This document shows positions 29,165 through 37,089 of a stretch of 64,000 nucleotides of DNA, piece after piece (position 1 is the first letter of the stretch; the number at the start of each line of letters is the position of its first letter). Under the pieces are notes generated by a model. It had not been told where the DNA came from, did no database searches, and was given only the letters and a program-made list of their open reading frames with translations. The DNA lies in NCBI GenBank assembly GCA_943787795.1, contig CALSNU010000001.1, positions 736,001-800,000 on the forward strand, given 5' to 3'. A program made the translations under genes and the position numbers. Source of the stretch: an uncultured bacterium (GTDB taxonomy: Bacteria; Planctomycetota; UBA1135; GCA-002686595).

Positions 29165-30487
29165 CTACCCGAGGAGGTCCGGCAGCATGGCCGCCGCCTT
29201 CTCGCGCGCCTTGATGACGCACTGGTCGGAGTTGTCGTACTCGAAGCGGCCGAAGCGGCCGAGGGGGTTCAGGCCCTGCGCCTCCATCCAGTCGAGGACG
29301 AGCCCCCGGCGACGGTGGTACTCGTGGTCGAAGACCACGTACGCGTGGTTCACCTGGCTCCGGTCCGTGAAGAGGATCTCGTCACGCTTGAGGAGCCCGG
29401 CCACCTCGAGGCCCTGGAGCATCTCCTCCTCGAGCTCTTGGCCGGGGAACGGCTGGCCGCCCGGCGTCGTGATCTCGATCAGGAACGACGTCTTGCCCTC
29501 GGGCGCGTTGCCCGGGGAGTAGTTCGACATGTAGGTCACGCGGTTCGCGGGGCCCTGCTTCTTCTGGGGGAGATAGATCCAGGAGAGGTTGGGGTGCTCC
29601 TCGCGGTCCATGGCGACCAGGTACGTGACGAGCCCGTTGAACTCGAGCTCGCGCATCGCGCGCGCCACGTCGTCGGGCAGGCCCTCGATGATCTCGGGCA
29701 GATACGTCAGGGCGATCGTGTTCACGACCACGTCGAAGTCCTCGTCGTTCACCGACCACCCGTCGCCCTTGCGGCGCACGGAGGTCACCGGGGTGTTCAG
29801 GCGAATCTGGCTCTCGAGGGTGCCGGCGAGCCCGTCGGTGATGCCCTGGAAGCCGCCGGTCTTGGGGTAGTAGAAGATCGACTGGTGGGTGTAGCCCTCG
29901 GTGCGGATGCCGACGGCGGCGCGCAGGACGTCCTCGACCGGGGCGTCGGGGACGCGGCCGGCGACCCAGTCGCTGGTGATCTGCTCCAGGGGCCGCTTCC
30001 AGATCTTCTCGTTGTAGGGGTCCATGAAGTGGTCGGCGATGCCGTCGCCGAACCGCCAGCGGATCCAGTTCTTGAAGTCTGCTGGCGCCTCGGAGCCCGT
30101 CATCTTCCGGGCATGCCACGCCTCGACGTAGCCCTTGAGGCAGTCGAAGTTCGCGTCCTTCGGGAGGTCCCCGATCCCGTTCTCGAAGGGGTAGTGCACC
30201 CAGCGATCCTCGAAGCGGATCTTGGTGTGCCGGTCGCGCTCGACGAAGGCGTCGTCGCCCCCCGCCTCGTCCTTCATCCACTGCATGGCGTCGGCGTCCT
30301 TGCTGAAGAGGATGTGCCCGCCCGCCACGTCGTAGGTGAAGCCGTCCACCGTCTTCGAGAGGCACAGGCCGCCCGCGACGGAGCCCGCCTCGAACAGGTG
30401 GAGCGACCCCATGGGGACGCCGCCCTGCTGGAGGAAACGAGCGAGGGCCATGCCGGAGATACCGGCTCCAAGGATCGCGATCTTCAA
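29165..30487 (-). CDS. FAD-dependent oxidoreductase (protoporphyrinogen oxidase/UDP-galactopyranose mutase-like)
   Basis: IAILGAGISG, GGHILFS, PYNEKIW, YPKTGGF, GRFGRFEYDNSDQ; TTG start. Confidence 0.85.
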   Translation of the reverse strand: MKIAILGAGISGMALARFLQQGGVPMGSLHLFEAGSVAGGLCLSKTVDGFTYDVAGGHILFSKDADAMQWMKDEAGGDDAFVERDRHTKIRFEDRWVHYPFENGIGDLPKDANFDCLKGYVEAWHARKMTGSEAPADFKNWIRWRFGDGIADHFMDPYNEKIWKRPLEQITSDWVAGRVPDAPVEDVLRAAVGIRTEGYTHQSIFYYPKTGGFQGITDGLAGTLESQIRLNTPVTSVRRKGDGWSVNDEDFDVVVNTIALTYLPEIIEGLPDDVARAMRELEFNGLVTYLVAMDREEHPNLSWIYLPQKKQGPANRVTYMSNYSPGNAPEGKTSFLIEITTPGGQPFPGQELEEEMLQGLEVAGLLKRDEILFTDRSQVNHAYVVFDHEYHRRRGLVLDWMEAQGLNPLGRFGRFEYDNSDQCVIKAREKAAAMLPDLLG

Positions 30488-30557
30488 AGGGAGGACTCTG
30501 GGAAGGAGAGGAGCGTCTCGCGGGAAGGATACCGGGGTGCGAGGGCGCGTGCGGAAC

Positions 30558-31521
30558 TCACCGGCTCCTGATCAGGGACGAGCGGTCCGGGAGCGCCTCG
30601 GGCCGGGTCCGCTCCATGTCCTCCAGCCAGCGCCGGGCGTCGGTGACGTACCCCGCCGTTGGCCGTACCCCCGGGCAGACGGCCTCGAAGTGTTCGTTGA
30701 AGGCGCCCATGACCAGTTCGCGGGCGTACTTGGCGAAGCAGGAGCCCAGGGCAGTGGGGAGCGAGAGGGTGTCCCCCTTCTGGACAAAGCGAATTCGCAT
30801 GCGCCGATCACCAGAGGTCACGAGGTAGTGGCTCTCCTGACGACTCTCCGAGAGGACCCGGACCGTGGAGAAGGGGACCAGGATCGAGAGGGCCCGGCCG
30901 TAGCGAGCCCTGCCGCCAAGGCGGTCGCAGGTGAAGTCCAGCCCCTCCTCGCCGAAGCGCTCGAAGAGGTCGAGGATGACCCGCGAGTGGTACGACCACA
31001 GGGTAGTGCCCCTTGTTATCGGTTCGTCCAAAGGACTCGTTCAGGGCGCCGGCGGGGACCACGGCGACGCCTGCTGAGACCACCTCGGCATCGGCTGCGG
31101 CGAGGCTGGCCGCGAGTCGGTCGCGGTGCTCGACGAGCTCGAGCGGCGTGCAGTGGAGCGGGAGCTCCGCCGGCAGAGCGGCGTACCAAGGATGAGCCCG
31201 CAGGGTTGCCGCGGTCGGGGCAAGCCCCTCCGGAGCGCTCTCGAGCAGGTCCGTTGCGCCCCGCACCGTCGAGCCTGCCGCGTCAAGGAAGGTGAGCGCT
31301 GTGGCCTCTAGCCGCCGGGCGCCCCGCGGGTTCCTCGTGAAGACCTTCTTCGAGTCAGCGACGACGAGCCGCTCCTTGTCCCGGCCGGGAGCGTCGCTCA
31401 CCGCGTCGGGGAGCGTGCTCCAGTCCAGGGTACCCGCGCGCCGGAACGCCGAGAATCCGATGGTCAGCGGACCCAGCATCGGGCCGTAGCCGGCCTCGTC
31501 GAGGCCCGCGTGGACCGTCAT
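30558..31521 (-). CDS. RNase HII-like protein; apparent +1 frameshift at 31009-31012
   Basis: GLDEAGYGPMLGPL, ADSKKV, CDRLGGR, KGD..LPTALGSCFAKYARE, AGYVTDA. Confidence 0.75.
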
Positions 31522-31535
31522 TGGCGCGGCGCCCT

Positions 31536-32411
31536 TCACGCGCTGGCGGCGTGGTTGTCCACCGGCGCGGGCTCGCGGCGCTTGATGAAGATCAGCAGCA
31601 GGACGAGGGCGAGCGACCCCAGCACGAGGGAGACGAGCTGGGAGGTGGAGAACATCCCGTCGAACCACAGGCCGCGGATCTTGTCCCCGCGGAAGCCCTC
31701 GATGGTGAAGCGTCCGATCGAGTAGAGGACGAGGAGCACGAGGGTGACCTGACCGGCGTACTGCCTGTGCCGGATCATCCACATGCCGAAGAGCCCCAGG
31801 GCCAGGGCGTTGACGCTCATCCAGGGCTGGGTAGCCCAGAGCACCTGACCCGCGTTCTCCGCGCCGAACAGGCTGGCGTCGGGGAGCGGGTCGGGGACCC
31901 GGATCGTCAGGGGGAACGGCAGGTTCTCGGAGCCCTCGGGCACGACCTTCCCGAAGTCGTCACCCACGAGGAGGCAGCCCACTCGTCCGACGGCCAGGCC
32001 GCAAAAGCCTGCGGCGAGCCCCAGGTCCAGGGCATGGGGGAGGTGGAGGCGGTACTTCCTGGCGGCATAGAGCCCGAGGGCGATCCCCCCAAAGGTGCCG
32101 CCGTACATGACGAGGCCGCCCTCCCAGTAGTAGAGGATCGTCATGGGGTCATCGAGGTAGCGCTGTCCGGTGGCGCTGCCGCGGAAGATCTCGACGATGA
32201 CGTACATGGCCCTGGCCCCAAGGAGGATCCCCACGAGGATCCACATGGGGACGGCGGCGAACCCGGGGGCATCGGCCTCTCGGTCGACGGCGTAGCGGTC
32301 GCCGAGCTTGCCGTAGAGGTGGGTGCCGACGAGGAAGCCGAGCACCACCATCAGGCCGAAGGCGCGCAGGGGGACGCCGATCAGCGGGATCTCGAAGAGG
32401 ATCGGGTACAT
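31536..32411 (-). CDS. lgt: Prolipoprotein diacylglyceryl transferase
   Basis: MYPILF, LGARAMYV, WEGGLVMYGG, GRVGCLLVGDDFG, RFTIEGFRGD. Confidence 0.93.
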   Translation of the reverse strand: MYPILFEIPLIGVPLRAFGLMVVLGFLVGTHLYGKLGDRYAVDREADAPGFAAVPMWILVGILLGARAMYVIVEIFRGSATGQRYLDDPMTILYYWEGGLVMYGGTFGGIALGLYAARKYRLHLPHALDLGLAAGFCGLAVGRVGCLLVGDDFGKVVPEGSENLPFPLTIRVPDPLPDASLFGAENAGQVLWATQPWMSVNALALGLFGMWMIRHRQYAGQVTLVLLVLYSIGRFTIEGFRGDKIRGLWFDGMFSTSQLVSLVLGSLALVLLLIFIKRREPAPVDNHAASA

Positions 32412-32584
32412 GGCGGAGCACTGTACGCGGCCCCAGGGCGCAGGCGAAGGGGCGGGGTCGGGAGGATTTGCGGACAGGATTCGGGGAGGGGTGCCGCCGG
32501 GCGGTGCGGTGTGACCAGAGGAGGCCGTATAGTGTCGCGCCGCGAAACCAAGGCGCCGACCCGGGCTCCTCCGCGCTCCACACC

Positions 32585-33424
32585 ATGAACACGCCCCCCA
32601 AGGCCAAGCTCTTCGTCGAGGGGCGCTATCTCAAGCACTCCCGAGACCTCCCCCAGACGGTCTTCTTTTGTCCCGAGTGCAAGGGGCACCCCCGGAGGCG
32701 CCGCAAGTGCGAGAAGTGCGAGGGGTTCGGCAAGCTCACCAAGGACTCGGTCCAGGAGCTCATCGGCTGGGTGCTCGGCAAGGCCGCGGGGACCCGCAAG
32801 CACAAGTTCCACGGCGCCGGCCGCGAGGACGTCGACGTGCGGATGCTCGGTGACGGGCGCCCATTTGTCATGGAGCTGGTGGACCCGCGGGACCACCAGG
32901 TGGACCTGGCGGAGATCGAGGCGACCATCAACTCGCGCAACGAGGGGCGGCTCGAGGTGCGCGGGCTGCACTGGACCCAGAAGGGCAGGGTGCGGTTCCT
33001 CAAGGAGGGCACCTTCGCGAAGGAGTACTGCGCCCGCGTCGAGGTCGACCAGCGGCCGAGCGAGGAGACCGTCGCGGCTCTGATCGGACGCCGCTACGAG
33101 GTCGCCCAGCAGACCCCGAGCCGCGTGGCGCACCGCCGAGCGGACAAGGTCCGTGAGCGCTGGATCGAGGTGCTCGACGTGCAGCTGGATCCCGAGGAGG
33201 ACCTGTTCCTCAGCGTCACCATTCGGACCCAGGCGGGGACCTACGTCAAGGAGGCCATCAGCGGCGAGGGCGGCATGAGCCAGCCGTCCATTGCCGAGCT
33301 CCTCGGGGTCGGCAGCGCCAAGTGCGCGAGCCTCGACGTCCTCGCGATCCTCGATCAGGAGGAGGGCGAGGAGGCCGGTGAATCCAACCCGACCTCATTG
33401 GGGTTCGGGTCAGGGCTCTCCTGA
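32585..33424 (+). CDS. pus10: Pus10-family tRNA pseudouridine(54/55) synthase, catalytic domain only
   Basis: GRYLKHSRDLPQT, CxxC..CxxC, SVQELI, FHGAGREDVDVRMLGDGRPFVME, KEYCA, QQTPSRVAHRRAD, GTYVKEAISG..G...PS, LDV. Confidence 0.88.
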   Translation: MNTPPKAKLFVEGRYLKHSRDLPQTVFFCPECKGHPRRRRKCEKCEGFGKLTKDSVQELIGWVLGKAAGTRKHKFHGAGREDVDVRMLGDGRPFVMELVDPRDHQVDLAEIEATINSRNEGRLEVRGLHWTQKGRVRFLKEGTFAKEYCARVEVDQRPSEETVAALIGRRYEVAQQTPSRVAHRRADKVRERWIEVLDVQLDPEEDLFLSVTIRTQAGTYVKEAISGEGGMSQPSIAELLGVGSAKCASLDVLAILDQEEGEEAGESNPTSLGFGSGLS

Positions 33425-33432
33425 GCAGCGCG

Positions 33433-33530
33433 CTCCTCGGTCAAACCAGTCCGGTCCCGTCAGTCCGGTCGCGCCAGTACGGTCAAGTCCGTCCGGCCAA
33501 GACGGCTCGGCCAAGACGGCTCGGTCACGC
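33433..33530. repeat. Degenerate 14-bp tandem array x7 (core CGGYC)
   Basis: ctcctcggtcaaac/cagtccggtcccgt/cagtccggtcgcgc/cagtacggtcaagt/ccgtccggccaaga/cggctcggccaaga/cggctcggtcacgc. Confidence 0.75.
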
Positions 33531-33880
33531 CTGGCTCGGACTGGGCCAGCGTGACTCGGCAGGGCGGCCGCGCATGCCGGGCCGCTGCCGCGGTGCAGGC
33601 CGTGATTTCGCAGGAGCCCAGTTGGCTCCGGTCGTCCCGTCGACCGGGCGGTTGGCCGTGCGGGTGGTCGTGCGGGTGGAGGGGCGGGTCACGCCGCCCC
33701 ATGCCCGTGGGGCCGATTCGCTCGCTGGTGACGTCGGCGTCGCCGTGACGGCGCGTTCCCGTGACGGGATGCTGACCGGCCGGGGCCGCTGGGGTGACGC
33801 TGCCCGGGACAAGGCCCTGCGTGGGTCGCGACACTGCACGCGTCGCGACATTGCGCGCGGCGGGAGACTGAGTGGTTGGA

Positions 33881-33928
33881 GGCTCTGCTGGGTCGAGAAT
33901 CTGCCGGGTCGAGACTCTGCCGGGAGGT
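33881..33928. repeat. 16-bp tandem repeat x3
   Basis: ggctctgctgggtcga/gaatctgccgggtcga/gactctgccgggaggt. Confidence 0.75.
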
Positions 33929-33934
33929 CTCAGC

Positions 33935-34435
33935 TCAAAAGAGCACGCCCATGACCGTCGCCTCGAAGACCCTCTTGGGCTGCAGCACGCCATCGCGCTC
34001 CACGAAGCCTTCGGCGCTGTACTTGAACATCCGGCTCCCCGCGCGCTCGAGCTTGACCGCGAGGAACATCGTGCAGGGCGGCTCCACAACGCCGCGGAAG
34101 CGGCAATCGTCCACACCTCCGAACCCGACGAAGCGCCCGTCAGACTCCTCCACCCTGTGCTTGGAGTAGTCGAAGGAGGCGATCTGCGCCGCCGTCTCGA
34201 TCATCAGCGCCCCGGGGAACATGGGGCGGCCAGGAATGTGATCCTCGGCCCACCAGTCCTCGCTCCGGATGGCCTTCACGCCAACGGCGATCCCGCCCTC
34301 CGCATCCACGTAGGCGAGGTGATCGAGCACAGCGAAGGTCCCCCGCTGCGCTAGGTATTCGTCCAGCGTCGCGCGGTTCACCGCGACGTGGGTCCGATCG
34401 ATGCTCTCTAGGTCGAGGATGGGTTGGATCGACAT
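33935..34435 (-). CDS. fabZ: 3-hydroxyacyl-ACP dehydratase (FabZ/FabA family)
   Basis: HIPGRPMFPGALMIETAAQ, FGGVDDCRFRGVVEP. Confidence 0.8.
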   Translation of the reverse strand: MSIQPILDLESIDRTHVAVNRATLDEYLAQRGTFAVLDHLAYVDAEGGIAVGVKAIRSEDWWAEDHIPGRPMFPGALMIETAAQIASFDYSKHRVEESDGRFVGFGGVDDCRFRGVVEPPCTMFLAVKLERAGSRMFKYSAEGFVERDGVLQPKRVFEATVMGVLF

Positions 34436-34618
34436 TGGGATGGGGTTCCAGAGGTGGGGAGCGGTCTTCTCTGCCGAACGGAAGCTCGGCCTCCACGACG
34501 ATTTGGGCCACAATGGTACGGAGACAGGGTGCGCGTATCGTTCCAATTCGCCGGGACCGCTGCGTTCCTGGCCTTCACGACGAAGACCTGCACCGGCAGT
34601 GAAACCGACCAGGACCCC

Positions 34619-35806
34619 ATGAGACCCCCCCTTCGCTTCACGACCCTCGCCGTCCACGCCGGGCGGCGCCCCACCCCCCAGGACCCCGACCTCTCGCCCC
34701 CGATTCGCCGGGCGACCACGTTCCTCCAGCACCCCGAAGTGCATGAGCTCACCGACGCAGGGGACTGGTCGACGCCGCTGGTCTACTCGCGCTACGGCTC
34801 GCCGAATGCCTCGGACGCAGAGGAGGTCCTTGCGGCCCTGGAGGGCGCGGAGCGCGGGGTGCTGTTCGCCAGCGGCATGGCCGCCATCCACGCCATGCTC
34901 CTGCACGCCTTCCCCGGCGGGTCCGGGAAGGTCGCCCTGGCGCGTCAGATCTATGGGGGGACCAGCTCACTGCTGTCCAAGGCGCTCGCCTCCCTCGGCT
35001 TCGAGGTGATCCCCTTCGATGTCCAGGACGACGGGGAGCTGGGGGCCGCGCTGGCCGCTGGCGCAGGGCTGGTGCACGTCGAGGGGCTCTCCAATCCGAC
35101 CGCACTCCTCGCCAACATCCCTCGGCTCGCGGAGCAGGCTCACGCCGCGGGGGCGCTCCTGTCCGTGGACTCCACCTTCGCGACGCCGGTGGTCCAGCGC
35201 CCCTTGGAGCTCGGCGCGGACCTCGTGGTGCACTCGGCGACCAAGGCGCTCGCGGGTCACTCGGACGTGACGGCGGGCGTTGTCCTCGGGAGCGCGGCGC
35301 GGATGGAGCAGGTCGCTGGCTACCGAAAGCTCACCGGCGCCATCCTTGACCCGGCGGCGGCATGGCTGCTCCGAAGGAGCCTCTCGACCCTGGGGCTTCG
35401 GGTCGAAGCGCAGTGTCGGGCCGCGTCGGCCCTGGCCCGGTCGCTGGCCGACCGAGAGGATGTGGTCCGCGTCCACTACCCTGGCCTCCCCGGAGACCCC
35501 GGTCACTCGCTCGCGCCTCGCGTCCTGCTCGATGGTCTCCACGGGAGCATGCTCGCCTTCGAGCTCGCGGGGGGAGATGACCTCGCCCGCCCGTTTGTCT
35601 CGCGGTTGCGCCTCGCCGTGGACGCTCCGAGCCTCGGCGGTGTGGAGACCCTTGTGAGCATCCCGCATCTCATGTCGCACCCCGGTCTTTCGGCTGAAGA
35701 GCGCCTCGGGGTTGGCTTCGGACCCGGCTGCATCCGCGTGGCCTGCGGGATCGAGGACCCCGAAGACCTGGTCGCGGACTTCGCCTGCGCCTTCGACGAG
35801 CGTTGA
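34619..35806 (+). CDS. PLP-dependent trans-sulfuration enzyme (cystathionine gamma-lyase/synthase family)
   Basis: YSRYGSP, FASGMAAI, YGGT, DSTFATP, HSATKALAGHSD, SLGGVETL. Confidence 0.92.
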   Translation: MRPPLRFTTLAVHAGRRPTPQDPDLSPPIRRATTFLQHPEVHELTDAGDWSTPLVYSRYGSPNASDAEEVLAALEGAERGVLFASGMAAIHAMLLHAFPGGSGKVALARQIYGGTSSLLSKALASLGFEVIPFDVQDDGELGAALAAGAGLVHVEGLSNPTALLANIPRLAEQAHAAGALLSVDSTFATPVVQRPLELGADLVVHSATKALAGHSDVTAGVVLGSAARMEQVAGYRKLTGAILDPAAAWLLRRSLSTLGLRVEAQCRAASALARSLADREDVVRVHYPGLPGDPGHSLAPRVLLDGLHGSMLAFELAGGDDLARPFVSRLRLAVDAPSLGGVETLVSIPHLMSHPGLSAEERLGVGFGPGCIRVACGIEDPEDLVADFACAFDER

Positions 35807-35810
35807 GCGC

Positions 35811-36989
35811 TCAGCGCATGTTCATCGTCTCGAGCGTGGACTCGCCGGCGAGCAGCTTCACGTCGAGCCGGCAGCTGCGGCCCTCCTCTGCCTGGGTGGC
35901 GTTGACCCGCCACGGGCCGGGAGAGAGGTAGGCGACTCTGGCCCGGCCGAACTCGTTGGTCTCGCGCCGGAACGAGCCGACGCCGCTCCCGCGAAGGTAG
36001 CCCACCAGTTCCACGCCTGGGAACGGGCGGCCGTACTCGTCAGTGGCCTCGATCTCCAGGGTGGCGAGCGGGGGGAGCTGAATCTCGTTGATCGCGACGG
36101 CGGAGAGGGCCACGGCGACCGGCTGCGGAGTAGTGGTGGAGTGCACGGGGTGGCCGGTGCGAAGGATCCAGTTCCCGCTGGTCACGCCAGGGAAGAGGAA
36201 GGCCCCGCTGCTGTCCGTGACGGCCTCGAGCCGGCCTTCAGCGGGCTCCTCCCGGTCGATCAGGTAGACCGGAAGTTGGACGGCCATGTCCCCGTTGGCC
36301 TGCCGGATCCGACCCGCGACGCTGGCCAGCCTGACGAGGCGTGAGGTCACGCTGACGACGTTGACCCCGGGCATGTGTTCGTACCCGGCGAGCTTGAAGA
36401 GGGCGACCTCCTGGGGCCGGGCCACAAGCCCCTCGGCCTCGACGCTGAGGCGGTACGCGGCCATCGGGAGGTCGCTCAGCTGGAAGTCGCGCTGACCAGG
36501 TTCGGAGGTGATCGTTCGCGAGACGGCCTTGTCCCGGCCGGCCGCGACCCTGGAGGGCTCGAGCTTCAGGGTCCATCGCTCGGGGTAGGGGACGCCCTCC
36601 TCGACCCGGACCTCACCGAAGATCATCCCGGTGCCCTCGAAGACGCGGTCCATGGACGCGTACGCGCCCGCCGGGCCGGCCTCCACACCAGACGTCACGC
36701 GGGGCCCGTCGGCCGCCTCGGTCAGGTTGTTGGAGAGCGGCTCCACCGGCGAGTCTTCGAGGGTGCGATCGGCAAGCTCGTAGTCCTCTCCGCCCTGGGT
36801 CCTCACGGAGCCTTGCCAGGTCAAGGCGCCGACCACGAAGAGCACGAGGCCCAGCACCGCGATCCAGGCCAGCCCGGAGGCGCCCCGTCTGCGCCCATGG
36901 GAACTTCTCGTCCCTGGGGTCGACGGCTTGGAACGCCCAATTAAGGTCTCATGGCCCATACGCTTCTCTGTCGACATCGAATCCATCAT
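35811..36989 (-). CDS. Membrane-anchored protein with carboxypeptidase-regulatory-like beta-sandwich repeats; start uncertain
   Basis: One TM helix, then repeats such as TDSSGAFLFPGVTSGNWIL and TNEFGRARVAYLSPGPWRV. Confidence 0.6.
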   Translation of the reverse strand: MMDSMSTEKRMGHETLIGRSKPSTPGTRSSHGRRRGASGLAWIAVLGLVLFVVGALTWQGSVRTQGGEDYELADRTLEDSPVEPLSNNLTEAADGPRVTSGVEAGPAGAYASMDRVFEGTGMIFGEVRVEEGVPYPERWTLKLEPSRVAAGRDKAVSRTITSEPGQRDFQLSDLPMAAYRLSVEAEGLVARPQEVALFKLAGYEHMPGVNVVSVTSRLVRLASVAGRIRQANGDMAVQLPVYLIDREEPAEGRLEAVTDSSGAFLFPGVTSGNWILRTGHPVHSTTTPQPVAVALSAVAINEIQLPPLATLEIEATDEYGRPFPGVELVGYLRGSGVGSFRRETNEFGRARVAYLSPGPWRVNATQAEEGRSCRLDVKLLAGESTLETMNMR

Positions 36990-37089
36990 GGTGGTTTCCG
37001 ACAGGCCACTCTGCGGCCGTCGGGCTACAGACTAGCCTCGGTGCCCATCGAGCGCGCCCTCATCCCAGGTGCCTCAACCCTCCTCGAAC

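Noticed and set aside
32468..32584. N-terminal extension of Pus10 (possible THUMP remnant)
   Set aside because: Only 39 low-complexity codons in the divergent promoter region, which also contains a TATAGT box; far too short for THUMP
33433..33530. Possible CRISPR array
   Set aside because: Units are 14 bp, degenerate and contiguous, with no unique spacers and no cas genes nearby
33460..33954. ORFs in the pus10-fabZ gap
   Set aside because: Low-complexity translations, atypical codon use and non-triplet repeats
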